64,000 nt of DNA from Vicugna vicugna (Eukaryota): NCBI GenBank assembly GCA_013265495.1, contig MU058384.1, forward strand, positions 309,622 through 373,621, written 5' to 3'. Positions 13,390-26,921 of the stretch are shown one piece after another; the first letter of the stretch is position 1; the number at the start of each line of letters is the position of its first letter. Below the pieces are notes generated by a model, which saw only the letters and a program-made list of their open reading frames with translations, was not told where the DNA came from and did no database searches. Position numbers and translations under genes: made by a program.

Positions 13390-14790
13390 GCATAACCTTA
13401 CAATTTTCAAATAGCAAATATACTCATGGAAAAACACTCTGATTAATACCTGTACCCTCTCAGCTTCCCCACAAAGGGAACCATCATCTTGCCTTCTATT
13501 AACAGTGATTGATTTTTCTGCTTTTTGAATTTACATAAATGGGATTGTAAAATATTTAGTCTGTACTTGGTTTATTTTTTTCTCAATCTTATGTTTGTGG
13601 AATATATCAGTGGCTTACATATAGCATTAATTTGTTGATCCTCAGGAAATAGAATATTTTATTGTATAGATCATGGTTTTCAACCAAGGCACTACTGATA
13701 CTTTTTGACCAGATAATTCCTTAGTTGGGTTCCTTTACAAATCGTGATGCCATGAAATTCTGTATCTTTTGTTGCCCATACATGCATACTTTTGTTGAGT
13801 TTATATCTAGGATTAAAATTGTTGAGTTGTAAGAAATGGTTATGTTCCAAGTAGTTTTTAGAGTGATTATACCAGTTTACCCCCTCACAGAGTCCCAGTT
13901 GCTCTAAATCCTCTAAACCAACCTTGTTATTTTAAAATTTTTCCTGAAATAGATGTTTAATGAAATCTTGTTATGGTTTTATGTCCATTTCCCTGATGAC
14001 TCATAAACCGTTATCAGCTCTTTCAAAGTTTATTAACTATTTGGATATTTTCTTTGTTTATGTTAAAATATTGAATTAAGCCCTTGCATGTTTTATGTCT
14101 GTGGGGTCACCCATCTTGTTTTTATCAAGGTAGGGGAATGTGTATATATTCTGGATATAAAAGGATGTATATTCATGTTGTAAGATAGGAAGTATCTTCT
14201 CCCATCTGTGATTTGCCTTTTCATTCTCTCCATGGTATCTTTTGGCTAGGCTTTTTCTACCTCTGGTTTACACCCATTTCAAGTATGTGTCCTTCCAAGG
14301 TCCATACTGAGACCTTTGGTGTTTAACCAGGTGGGTTGTGAACTCGTCTCTTGACTCTCAAACATTGCAATCACATTTTCAGCTGCTTTCTAACACTTCC
14401 ACTGTATAGCTTGGAAGGCAAACGCCTCATGCCAAAAACTAAAGCAGAGTATCGGTCTCACTTCACTGGGCTTCTCTTATCTCTGGGATCTTAACCCCTA
14501 AAGTTGTGTTGACTGGGCATTTCCAAACTGCCTTTGTTTTCTCCTCAGCTAGCTTTTCTCCATCTTAGCTGCTTTCTGCTAAACTCAGCTTCCTGCGCAG
14601 AGCAGCTTCAATATTACCAACTGGCTCCAGGGCGAAAGTGTAGCACAGAAGTTAACTCACTGTAACAAGTTTCTCTTTTTATGGGTCCCTGTCCCCTCAA
14701 ATCCTGGCTGCTTCAGCTCTCCAATGACATTAAACACGTTAAAGAAATTACCCAGATTTCTAGTTGTTCTTATAGGAAATGTTTTTCCAC
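13390..14790 (-). mobile_element. ancient L1ME-like fragments (3' end plus 5'-region piece)
   Basis: TTTTGAATTTACATAAATGGGATT, GATTATACCAGTTTAC and CATTTCCCTGATGACT are antisense L1 motifs. Confidence 0.7.
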
Positions 14791-15496
14791 AACACTGAAG
14801 TGGAATTCTATCAATGAGTAATTTTACAGCAGAGAAAGTATAGGTATGAGGCAATACTTGATGAAGTTCATAAAAATTCTACCATGTGGTTTCTGTATTG
14901 GCAACCATTTTAATGTCAGAGAAATGAGTGGTTGTTTCAGCCCCCTACTTAATGCTCCCAAAGATTTTGGATTTGAATTTTCACAGTCTTTTTAATTGTT
15001 TCTTTTTATCACCATAGCTGAGTTTTTTGCTATTGTTGTTTTGTTATTGCAGCACTGGCTTATTTAATGTTTCCAACCTTGGGTTTCTTGCAAACTATCT
15101 TTTCTCATATACAAATATGACACTATTAAAAGTAACAAATTATACTGTGACCGTTGTAAGGAAAATATCCCTCTTTTATTGGGATTTGGTAGAGAACGAT
15201 TTGTTGTCTTTCTGATATTTGATGTTTTTGTTAGACCGTGTCAACTGCCATGGATTATGCTTTAAACTATAAAAATGAATAACAAAAGAGAAGAATATAC
15301 ATGAATGTTTTCCTCCAAATTAGGAGCAGAGCTACAAGGCTATGTGAAATAGATTGTATGACTAATTATATTTATGCTTTCGGAAATAAGTCCAGTGTAT
15401 CCTTGAAATTGTATACATTTCCCTTTTACCTTATTTTTTAGCTTTTCATTGTCATTCTTTTTTTTAAAAAAAAAAATGGGAAGTTATTCCTTACTC

Positions 15497-15695
15497 ATTC
15501 CTTACTCATGGATTGAAAGAATGAATATTGTTAAAATGTTCATATTGCGTAAAGCAATCTACAGATTCAGTGCACTTTCTATCAAAATTCAAGTGGCATT
15601 TTTCACAAAAATAGAACAAACAATCCTAAAATTTGTATGGAACCATTTAAAAGATCCTGAACAGCCAAAGTAATCTTGAGAAAGAAGAATGAAGC
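15497..15695 (+). mobile_element. short internal L1 ORF2 fragment
   Basis: Translates to [50 protein letters not shown], matching the L1 ORF2 post-RT segment PCSWIGRINIVKM..KAIYRFNAIPIK. Confidence 0.9.
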
Positions 15696-18639
15696 GTTTT
15701 GTTCTTTTTGTCAGGGAAACAGCGGTCACTGAGCTTAAGGTGTTCATATCCAGTTGTACAGGTGTACATTTGAGAGTTCTCATAATCATCATTGTTACAT
15801 TACAATTACAATGAAATGTGTTAATATGTTACACTTCTAGCCAGTGCACATTAATATCTATTACCTAAGAAGAATCTCATAATAATTTCGGCAAGAACAA
15901 TTTATTATAGGTTACCATTTTATGGGTAAGTGTATCTCAGAGTTTTAAGCAGGATCAAAAATTAATACATGCAAAAGTAGCACTTGAAACAAAAGCCTCT
16001 GAGTTATAAAAAGGGGAAAGTACACAAGAAAAATTATTACATGGATCAGCATGTGATCAGAATACTTAATGCATGCATTTTTCTTATATGATGATATAAA
16101 TCATGGATATTTTAAAGTATTTTTCTGAGTAATGTTAGCACATCCAATGCCCTACTTACTCTGTATGTTAGGACACCTACTGTGTTAGGTAAGCTACGCT
16201 ATGCTTTCACAAGTGAGGCAAACACTTAACCGTCTGTTACCTTTGCTTGCTGGGAGAGAAGAAAATACCAACAGAATGCATCTAATAGAAAAGCTAAGAT
16301 TATAAAAACATATTTTATTGCATATTTATTGTCAATAATATGATTGATTAAAAATGAAAACCATGTAATGCTAAACTCTGATATAAATACTGTTATTGCT
16401 GTTGTATAGTTTCAATTTCCTACCATATCCAACTTACTCATTTATTTTAATCTACTCCAACCACCTCCTATCCCAAGGGAACGCATTACATAATTCTTGA
16501 TGCTTCCTCCTGTACATGGTTAATTAGGTTAAATTTTAGGTCAAATTATGACAATCAGATGCCACTGCTAAAAAAACTTTTGACTAAGCTGCACAAAATT
16601 ATAAATGGAAGGCTGTGACCACTTGAATTAAAGATCCTCCAGCCTTGCTGTTGGAATGGACATAGCTGTTATCTGCATGTTGTGCACGAATCAGCATGAT
16701 GTGGGTACCAAGCATATAATGACAAAAAATAAGCAAGGACACCTTGAACTATTAAAATCCATTAAGGGTCTGCATTTATTTAAAATATTCTGCAACATTC
16801 TTTTATTGTTAAGGATCACAGAAAATTTCTTCATATCCAGGGCTAATTGCTCAATTTATTAATCTGTTATGTGACCTAGTAGTTAATTTGAGAAAAGGAA
16901 AGTTACCTGCTGATGATGGTTTTAATTGTTGCACAATCTTCGTCAGTCTTTCTGGTAACAGAGTTAAGGCTTTTATTGCAACAGTACAGAGTGAGTAGGT
17001 GCAAGTTTCTTTGAAAAATTAAGAATAACAGTCTGTGCTAAATTCTCTTTTTTTCACAAGTAGCTTTGAATCATGTAGGCATTTGAAGTCCAGAACTATT
17101 TTAATATTTTAAAACTCTAAGTGAAACAAATGTCACGAAACTAAAATAAAAGATGCATAAATGAATGAGAAAATGAAACCTAAATTTGATTCCAGAAAAC
17201 TAAACAAACATGACCTTAATATTAGTTGGTATCTTGCATTAAAAACCCAGAAAAGAGAAAAGACTTGATTCTTTTGTGACTGAAATAAGATGGCATTTAA
17301 TTCTGTCTCTCAGCTAAAATCTTTTCTGTGGAACATAAAGTACTAACATTTATGTGCATTTTTTTTCTAGCATTAAGTGTCCTTGATAACATTTTCTTAT
17401 AAGCTCTAAATTCTACTGTTCTACCTTCTTCTGATAGTGTTATCTTTATTTTACATAATAGAATCTATAAGATATTTTGTTGAAATAAATATGTCTAAAC
17501 CATTCATCTTTCTAATTTATTTATCATGTTATTGAAATAAAAATTTTGACCATTCTCCTATTCTTCCCTCCAAAATAAGAAAACGCAATTTGATTTTGTT
17601 TTGCCTTAAGTAAGTGAGCTACAGCAGAAATCATGTCAAGGCAATAAATGAAGTTATTCGACACATGAATGGCCCACAAGTGACAGTGTATACATCTAAG
17701 AATGATCTTTAGTATAGCATACTAGTTATAGGCGATCCAAATGAAATAGAGTTCCTAGTTCTATAAAGAATTAATTCCATAAGAAATAAATGCCATTCAG
17801 TTTAAAATATCTACCTTCATGAGATTATTTAATCAAATAATGACAAATAATTGATGGTAAATACAAAATCACAAGTATGCTGAAACAGGCAATGAGACAT
17901 TTGTGTTCTTTGAAACTCCTGCCTCATTCACCTTTATTTTCTAGTTTATAAAGCATATTGACATGTAGAATATAATATTTTGTCTCTTTTCCAAATATGC
18001 ATATGCATATTTAATATATAAATGCTAGATGTATAGATAGGTGGGTGGATGGATGTATAGATGAGTGGAGAATAGTTGGATAGACGTATAGAACTGTGTT
18101 ATATCTGAATCAAGAAAAACAAAGAAAATTGTGGTTAAACCTTAATGCATCTTTTTTTTTTAACATTTAGGATTTAGTTTTTGGAACTTAGTTTTGTAAG
18201 CCATATATTTCATTTTAAGTTGGTTCTCACTTTAGCAATGAGTGGACCGCAAAGATGGTGCACTTATGGTCAAAATATTTCATGTAGCTTCCACAGTTCA
18301 AAATAACAAGACTATGCTGATTAAGAAAAAATATTGTGTGTTTTTATTTATAAAGATAAATACACATCTTTTTATATAGAGAAAAAAATAACACAATGCA
18401 TCATTCTAAAAGCATACATCTTTTATATTTATTGTATGACTGAGCTTTAATAAACATTTCTAAAACTAGAAATATTTTTTGAAAGAAGAAAATTAACTAC
18501 CTTTAAATTGTTTTAAACGATAACTTGGAATAGTATTATGCAACTCTTAAACACGTTGATTATGCAGATTATGTAAAAATATGGAAAATGTTAATGAAAT
18601 TATGTTAAGTGAAATAAAAATATATACATTGTGTTTGCA

Positions 18640-18990
18640 CACACCATGCTAATTCTAGCCTCCATTTTTGGCTTTTAATTTCATTACACTTGGAATCCTG
18701 CAACTGACACTACATTCAGTCTAGAAAAGTTCCCACTCACACTTTAAGACATTTCAGGAATCAGTCACTATTCCTGAAATATTTATTCATTTTATGCTAC
18801 TATAATGCCTAGTGAAGAATTTATTATTATACATGTCACATTGCATGGTAATCATCTATGTAAAATCTCTCTTGCTTCTAGACTATTACTTTCCTAAAGG
18901 CTGTAATTGCCTTTTTCAGATTTGTAACCCCAGTACGTAACACAGTGCTTAACATAGTCTTGAGCATTATATAGGTAAAACATTATTGCC
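18640..18990 (+). mobile_element. L2 3' fragment
   Basis: CTAGACTATTACTTTCCTAAAGGC...ACCCCAGTACGTAACACAGTGCTTAACATAG. Confidence 0.55.
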
Positions 18991-19279
18991 CTCTGCAATC
19001 AAGCATCATGGTACCACTGTTTCTGCACTTGTGAGTATTGTTAGAACTAGAGAAGAGACAAGTGATCACCCTCTACCCTTAACTTCATCTCTCAGCACAT
19101 TCTTAGAATAATTCTTTTGAAAGCCATGCAATTAGCTGAATTCACAGTGTATCACACCGCTACAGTTTTTCTTTTTTCCTTATGGCCCAGAATGTAAGAC
19201 ACGTATAGAGCCAATGAGTAGAAAAGATTACTTGAAAAGATTAATGAATTGACAAGCATGTATCTAAAATTTTTTAAAA

Positions 19280-21240
19280 GAAATGTTCATACAATACTTA
19301 TTTATAAAAGCCCCAAACTAGAAACAACCCCAAAATGATCATTATTAAAGGAGTGGATAAACAAATCGTGTTGTGTTCCCTAAATGGCATCCTACCTACC
19401 AGTAAAAGAAATGGACCACAGATACACAAATTATGAATAAACATCCAAAACAGATGTGTGATACTGAGAAAAAGGCATTGACAAAAGGGTACAACCATTA
19501 TGAATGTATTTATGTAAAAATTAGACAAAAAAATCAATGGTGATATAAATCAAGATATTGATAGCATCTTGGGTTTGAGACAAGGATTTCCTGGGAAAGG
19601 GACTGGTGAACTTTCTGAGATAATAGAAATGTTCTGTACTGAGAGAGTTGTGGTTTACGTAAGTATGTACATTTGTCACAAGTCACCAACTTCCTATGAC
19701 TTTAATATGCTTCCAATTCACTGTATGTAAATTATAAATCAGTTCAAAAAATGAAGATAAAATGCAAATGTGCTTAATATGCAGAACTTGAGAAGCTTAT
19801 TCTAAAATGTATATGGAAACATAAAATAGCCAAAGCAATCTTAAAAAATAATTTTGCAGAACTCACAATGTGATTTTTAGTTATGTGTTGTAAAGATACA
19901 GTGATTAAGACAGTGTAGTATTGGGGTAAGGATCTATAGATAGATCAATGGACTATAACAGATAATTGAGAAGAATCCACACAAACAGGATGAATAGATA
20001 TTTGAGCAAATTCCAATGGGAATTTAAAGAGGGAAACAACTTGTATTTCCAGTAAATCCCAAGGAGTCACCTGCATAGCTTGTAAGAAACAAACATGAAC
20101 CTCAAGCCTTAAATCACAACATACACAAAAAATAATTTAAATCTAAACTTAAGAACTAGACACAAAAACATTTTAGAAGGTAATTTATGTAAATATCCTT
20201 AATACTTGGAGTAGGCCAGGCTTCTTGTACAATACAAAACATTAGACATAAAAGAAAAATGCTAAATTGAGTTTCATAAACCTTAAAAATTTCTGATCTT
20301 AAAGGATACCAGAAGAAAATGAAAAGGACATTACAGATTGGGAGAAAATATTCATATTCTGTACAGCCTACAAAGTATTTATACACAAAACATATGGAGG
20401 CTCATAACTTAATGATAAATAAAACAACTAAATGAAACAACCCAACAAAAAGGGGGAAAAGACATGCACAAACACCTCACAAAACACAGTATAAGATGGT
20501 CAGTGAGCACCTGAAAAGGTACTTAACATCAGTAATTAACAGAGAAACTTCAGTAAGAGATCATTTCATATATAGAATGGCCAAACTAAAAAGACTGGCA
20601 GCATGTCAAAGAGGGTATAAAGCAACTGAAATTTTCACAAATGGCAATAAAATTTGTGAGTGTAGAGAACTGTTTGGAAGTTTATTAAAAAGTTCAACAC
20701 ATACATATGTTATGAACTAATGATTCCACAGTTAATTTAACTACGAAATAAAAGCTGATGTTTACAAAAAGAGCCATACAAGAATATTTATGGATGCCTT
20801 ATTCGTAATTGCCAAAAATGGGAAAAAAAAGTAAGCACAAAAGAAAAAAGTCAAATGTCCATCAGCATGAAAATAGATACATAAAAGGTGATATAAAATG
20901 AATACTTCTCTCATTAAATTGAACAGTATGTTGATGTTTGCTTGATATGGAAGCATCTCAAAAATATTATACTGGAAAATAGAAGCAGGCACAGCAGAAT
21001 TTGATCAGGTATACAATATGATCAAGAACAAGCAAAACTAATCAATGATAGTAGATATCAAAATTGTAGTCTCTCCTGATATTAGTGGCAATTGACAGGG
21101 GAGGGCAGGAGGACACTTCCTGTGGCCAAAGAAAAGTTCTGTATCTTAATTTGAATGCTGGTTATTCATGTGTATGCACTTGTGAAAACTCAACAGACAA
21201 TACATTTTGTTATCTGTAAATTAAACCTCAATAAAAACTT
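19280..21240 (+). mobile_element. two adjacent ancient L1ME-like 3' segments
   Basis: AATGTTCATA...GCCCCAAACTAGAAACAACCC; ORF2 remnants from about 19790; terminus TGTAAATTAAACCTCAATAAAA near 21235. Confidence 0.8.
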
Positions 21241-21889
21241 ACATTCTGATTACACATTTTTTCCTTTTTTCTGCAGAATACATTTAGGGTCTCTTTTTGT
21301 TTTAGTTACCTAATGGATATGGTCATGGGTAGCATTTTTTCTATTGAAAGGATAAGTGAATTTTCCTTATTTCTCATCATTGTCCATATTGTTCCTGTTA
21401 AAGGTCACTTTTATTTTTTAAAGATAATGGTTTTAGTTGATATATGTTAACTTCATTGTTTCCGAAATCCAGCTAGAACAACCATAGTCAATGCAAGGTT
21501 AGTTTTTCTCTGTGCTTTTTTTTTAATGATTTTTTTTCCTTTGGTTAAATATTATGTTTGCTCATTTAAGTGCCACAGTGTCTACAGCCTCCAAACAGAG
21601 TGAATTTTTATTTATACCTTTATCTGCTTTTACAATGGATTTGCTTTTGGAGAAACTAATATTACACAAAACTAATCAGAACCAAGTGACATGAAATTCG
21701 GGGAGAGTTAGTTATGTGAGTGAGGGCTGTCTACAAGAGTTACAGACTGAAGAAAGAAAAGGTGAAAGGACCTAAACTATTCATAAGCCCAGAGACGACT
21801 CTGGCATGAGGCACATTTTGGAAACTGAAAGTTTTTGCTTAAGGAGGCTCAAATGGCATAAGGTTGTAGAATGAATAAATGTTGTCTGC

Positions 21890-22075
21890 GTGCTATAAAA
21901 GGCATAGATTTAACCCTAGTCTTGTCATTTACTAATTATGTAACCTCTATACCTTTCATACGTATTTACTGTACATTAAGGCTAATAATATTCCTACTTG
22001 ATAACTGTGAACATTAAATGCAGTACTAAATGTAAATGAGGTGGCACATAATAGAATCTATATAAATATTAATTC
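21890..22075 (+). mobile_element. MIR SINE
   Basis: Degenerate MIR core and tail: ATAATATTCCTACTTGATAACTGTGAACATTAAATG...GGCACATAATAG. Confidence 0.6.
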
Positions 22076-22877
22076 CCTTTTGCTATACCAGGGTGAGGTA
22101 GTCGGGAGTCAGTGGGAAGATAACTTGTGGAGGCACAGGATGTGGATCTGATGTTCAAGCAGAAGCTGAATATAAATTTGTCTACACAATTTAGCCTGCA
22201 GTTGAAATTGACAGTAATATAATCAGATGGAACATGCAGGAGATAAAGTGTACCCAGTCTTTGGCCTAAGGTTCTCCCTTCATCTCTGGTTTCTGATGTT
22301 TAAAATAACACTGAGGCTTTTATTTTAGTATAAATTTAGACTAGGGAAAATATAAACTGTAAAATATTCAATAGGTTATTTGAAGTGCTTGAAATAAATG
22401 CCAGAGTTTCTGAAGTAAATTATGGCTTTCAAAATAAGCTTAGGTTTAAAAATAAAGATATTTTGCACCAGAACTTCTAAGCAAGTCTCTAAGATCCATA
22501 AAGCTTTTCACTGCAGAATTACTTTTGGCTGCATTCGCCAACACCATTTTCTCTTCCTTCTATCCAGGCCAACCTCTTTCTTTTGATTCTCAGATAGCTT
22601 TCCACATTAGAGAAATATTCTTATTTGCTTCATAAAAATGAGTTCCCACAAAAATGGAAATCATAGAGCAGAGAAATAAGTAAGCCTATTAAAGTTTACT
22701 GCAGAGATTTGAGTTGGCTCAGACATCAGCCATTCTTGGTCCTTAAACAGTGTGAAAGGGAGGCAACCAAGAGATGGGGCCAGCTCCAGTTTCCATGTCA
22801 GGGCAAAAAGCTGAAAGTGATCTGGTTGTAGAGATAGATGCCAAGGAATGGGGACTACTTAAGCGCCAGGTCTGTAG

Positions 22878-23109
22878 CAGTGCATTACTGGGCATATTTT
22901 TCACCCAGTCCATGATGGACTGGAGCATTTGTAAAACTGAACAGAAATTAATTACTAAAAAATGATCATGCATTTAAATGTAATGACAGTGTCAAAATGC
23001 TCTAAACTTTTCCAAATACTTACATTCAATTGCTGTACTGAATCCTAGACAGAGTAGTAACAAGCAGTATAACCAGCGTTTGTTCATGAACCACCAGTTG
23101 AGTAGCACT
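22878..23109 (-). mobile_element. hAT-Charlie DNA transposon fossil (Charlie4-like)
   Basis: Ends in GAACCACCAGTTGAGTAGCACT, the reverse complement of a CAGTGCTACTCAA terminus; the body TGTCAAAATGCTCTAAACTTTTCCAAATACTTAC resembles Charlie4. Confidence 0.6.
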
Positions 23110-23135
23110 TGCCTATAAGGCATATTGGTCTGAAT

Positions 23136-23335
23136 CCATGGTGAGTGGGTTAAAGAAAAAGCTCTTTTTATAAACCCAACAGAAAACAAAGCAAAATTTT
23201 GATTTTTAGTGTTTGCCGATTTTTATAATGTTTCCTCCATGACTAATTTCTAGCTGCCAATATGATGTCCCTGAATGCACAGTGGGAGAATAAAAGTGCA
23301 GAAAACACTCTGGAGCCTCTTGAGGACTTCACTGA
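23136..23335. mobile_element. hAT MITE fossil (MER63-like)
   Basis: GTGTTTGCCGATTT...CCATGACTAATTTCTAGCTGCCAATATGATGTCCCTGAATGC. Confidence 0.45.
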
Positions 23336-23961
23336 CTTAATACTAATTCAAGTAATGGTCAGCAGAAGTTTTATAGCCCATTTGTTATGTTAGTGAGGAA
23401 TGTGGCTGGTAGTTGAATTTTGGGGAGTAAGATCCCAAGGCACACATATTTTTGCTGGGGAATGTGTTTGTTCTTAGGAGATTCCATCACTAAGCAAGCT
23501 ACTCTGTGCTACATGCCTGGGAAGAAGAAAGACTACCAGCCTCATTCGGAAGTGGCCAGGGTCACTAATGTTAGAAGGGGATCAGAGTTATTCATTAGAG
23601 AAGTTGGTTGTAACCAAAGTATTTTATTTGCCCGATGTATTCTCCTCTCCTAACACAGAATCTTGCTTACTCTTGCCTTAAAACATGAGTGGCATATTGT
23701 TCTCATACAGCAGAAGACTTATCCAAAACCAAAAGGATTAAAAGGATTTAAATTTGTTCATGATCTCAAAGCCAAAACTCGTGAAGCTGAGACTTGAAAA
23801 GTAGTCTGACTGAAGCCGGAAATCTTGACCTGTAACTTACACTTAGGTCTTAGGGTGTAGCCAGACAAGGAGAGAGGGGTTGAAAGGAAGATTTTTGCTC
23901 AGTGTCTTTAGTTCTCAAGGTTCAGTGAAGATTCTTCAAGAGCTTCATGGAAACCTGGACC

Positions 23962-23982
23962 AAAAAAAAAAAAAAAAAAAAA
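23962..23982. repeat. poly(A) run
   Basis: Uninterrupted A tract. Confidence 0.95.
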
Positions 23983-23999
23983 GAAGCCTACCTACTGTA

Positions 24000-24185
24000 A
24001 TTCACCAACACGCAGATTAAGTCACTTGCTGATTAATGTGTTTATTACAAACATCTCTATGCCTTATTTTTCATCAGTAAACTGGGAATGATAAATAGTA
24101 ACTATATTAAAGGGTTGTTTCAGATTTAAATGAGATAGTTATTGTACACAACATATGGTAAGTGGGAGTAGGTTAATAAATACTT
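24000..24185 (+). mobile_element. MIR SINE
   Basis: TTTTCATCAGTAAACTGGGAATGATAAATAGTAAC...GGGTTGTT...TTAAATGAGATA core. Confidence 0.7.
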
Positions 24186-24733
24186 TCCTTTTAATCATTT
24201 AATCATTACGATGATGTTATCAGCTTAGAAATTAGGCCATCTTGAGCCTGCAGATGAGTACGGTGTATTTAAGTACCAGATGCTGAGAAACCAAAGGTAA
24301 GGAAATGAGTGCTGGTATTTGCCTCTGATACCTTAAAACATGGAGTGTTTGATGTATTCTTCTAGTGTTCTTTGCTCACAGGTGCCTAGACAATCTAAAC
24401 TGTTCACATACAATAGTGGTAGAAAGAAAGTAGTTGTCTTTTTTGGGGGGGGGAGTCATTCAGTCTTGATTCCTATTGAAGATTGTTGCTCATAAACATA
24501 ATTTTTAAACTAAAAATAAAGACATGTGGAATTATATTATTATAAGTTTATTTAAAGTTTTGATTATAAGCACATGATATAATGAAGGTATTTGTATCCA
24601 TATTAGTGAAACAATTCAGAAAAAGTTAAAATGATATATGAACACAAGAATCTTAGAGCTACAAAAAATGTAACTGTTCTCAAAAAAATAACTAGTTTTA
24701 TGTTGTTTTAAGCTGCTGAGTTTTTGGTAATGT

Positions 24734-25283
24734 TAAGGAAAGTCCACAAACAGTGAATGCTGGAGAGGGTATGGAGAAAAGGGACCCCTCCTACACTGCT
24801 GGTAGCAATGTAGTTTGGTGCAGCCATTATGGAAAAAAAAGAGGACACTAATGAACTCATCTACAAAACAGAAACAGACTTGCAGACATAATAAACAGTC
24901 TTATGGTTACTGAGGGAAAGGGGGTGGGAAGAGATAAATTTGGGAGTTTAAGATTTGCAAATGTTAGTCACTGTATATAAAACCAGATTAAGGAAAAACA
25001 AAATTCTTCTGTAGAGCACAAGGAATTATATTTAATATCTTCTAATAACCTTTAATTAAAAAGAATATGAAAATAAATATATGTATGTATATGCATGATT
25101 GGGACATTGTGCTGTACACCAGAAATTGATACATTGTAACTGACTATACTTCAATAAAAAAAGAAATATCTTTTAGTAACGTATAGTGAAAAAGAATATG
25201 AAAACAAATATTGTGTGTATATGTATTATGCTGTACACCAGAAATTGACACATTGTAAACTGACTATATTTCAGTTAAAAAAA
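24734..25283 (+). mobile_element. young camelid-type L1 3' end with internal deletion and a second tandem 3' terminus
   Basis: ATGCTGGAGAGGGTATGGAGAAAAGGGACCCCTCCTACACTG (ORF2 C-terminus), then a G-rich 3' UTR; GCTGTACACCAGAAATTGA...ACTGACTATA terminus occurs twice. Confidence 0.9.
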
Positions 25284-25949
25284 GCACAACAGAAAATACA
25301 TACATTCTATCTACCAGTCTCTTGGCTAATATAATAGCTAAAATCAGCCCTTATATTAAAACAAAATGACACTGCTTAATTTCAAGCTTCCTCTTTTTAT
25401 TTCACTTAAAAAAAAACATTTTCTTTCAGGTGCCAGGTGCTTTCCTGACAAAAGTATGCCACTGAAGGGAGTTTTCTTTTGGAAAATAATTTTTAAGAGC
25501 TTTTGTTTCATATAATTAGCAAATATCAGACTGTGTCTTTCTTGGTGTAGTTAGGTACATTAATTTTTCATCCCTCTGTCAGTTCATAAAAGACCCAGCA
25601 TATACAAAACCCTCTATTACCATCGTTTGCTTTTTTTTTGTGGTTTACTTCAAAAACATCATCATCATCATCAAACAAATGAGACAACTTTAGGTATGTA
25701 TATCAGGTTAAAAAAATTGCATGATAACTTCAGGCACCGTATCTTTTCCTAGAAAGAATTATTTTGGTTGAGAAAAACATATTAGACTGTTTTCAGTATG
25801 GAAGTCAGGGTATAGAAGGCAAGGCTGGGGGATGAATATAGCCACCCACAAGAGCAGTTTTCTAATGTTGAGGGCTGTAATAAACACATGGAACCTAGTA
25901 ATGTGAGAGTCAATGGAACAGATATTCTGATTTCTTTTTTCAACCTTTC

Positions 25950-26108
25950 AGTTTCCTGCTTGTGTTTCCCATTGGTTGAATCCAGCTTGGTAGTGGAGAA
26001 CAAAGAAGCCCTTGCAGGCGGTCCATATACATCAGACTCCCAGGACACAGACCATGGCGACAAAAGATAAAGTGTGGATCAAGAAAAACAAATGGAAACC
26101 ACTGCACA
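25950..26108. mobile_element. ancient ERVL-class LTR fragment (LTR33-like)
   Basis: TCCCATTGGTTGAATCCAGC...TCAGACTCCCAGGACACAGA...GTGGATC. Confidence 0.45.
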
Positions 26109-26257
26109 AATTAAGGGTTGAAAGCTCCATGAGAAATTAATAAGAATACACAGATAGGGCCAAGTAGTCCAGAAAATAGAAAAAAAAAAAGAAGATACAA
26201 AATGGGAGGTGGTTCTAAGCAACATGCTCAGAGGCTTTGGGGAACTGCTGGAGAAGT

Positions 26258-26815
26258 TGTCCAATAAAAAAATCAGGTAGTTAGATAAGTAAGGGCACCG
26301 AGCGGACAGAGGAGGAGAGAGAGGATGGTCTGGAAGATGATGTTATGCCCGCCTCCAGATAAAGGTGCTTTACTTCTTCTAAATGAGTGCCAGCAAGAAG
26401 CTGGTTAGAACCTGACAGCCACGACTGCACGGTAGCAGAAAGGACTTAACTGGACATGACCCAGTGCTCGTTGTATTGTAATTAACATTATGGCTTAGCC
26501 CCACCCTCCATGGGTTTTACTGCATACACCGGGGTAAGGGCATGTGCAAAGGGATCAAACATGACTAAGCATTCCAGGGGCAAGAGCTGTCAATCAGTCA
26601 AGAGACCACTTCTGAGTGAGGGTAGAAGGGAAAGGCGAGACAGAAACCACCCCTTTTCCTCCCTTGGATCAGCCCACCTCTCATTCTTGGAGGTGTGCTT
26701 TTCCTTTTCTAAGTAAATCTTTTGAAATATCTCACTACACAACACAGCGTCTCCCAACTGTAAACTTATCTTTCAGGTAAGCCAAGAACTGGGGTCTTTA
26801 CCTTTTGGGGTAACA
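26258..26815 (+). mobile_element. solo ERV LTR (558 bp)
   Basis: TG...CA termini; flanks GAAGT (26253-26257) / GAAAT (26816-26820); CAAT-like box near 26590; AGTAAA poly(A)-like signal near 26712; GC-richer than flanks. Confidence 0.75.
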
Positions 26816-26832
26816 GAAATATCTAATGGTAA

Positions 26833-26921
26833 TTAGTATCTGCAAATCTCAAACTCCCAATTTATCCCTTCCCATCCCCTTTCCCCCCCTGGAACCATAA
26901 GTTTGTTCAATTAAAAAAAAA
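26833..26921. mobile_element. tiny inverted (twin-primed) L1 insertion
   Basis: Antisense L1 3' UTR followed by sense TTCAATT-poly(A), between perfect TAATGGTAA repeats. Confidence 0.75.

Noticed and set aside
15711..15792. C/D-box snoRNA on the minus strand (ATGATGA ... CTGA, 82 nt)
   Set aside because: There is no terminal stem, no recognisable rRNA/snRNA guide and no evident host gene. Such box pairs occur by chance. A snoscan or Rfam search would settle it.
22905..22923. Hairpin CCAGTCCA-TGA-TGGACTGG
   Set aside because: It lies inside the Charlie4-like fossil, whose palindromic sub-terminal motifs explain it.
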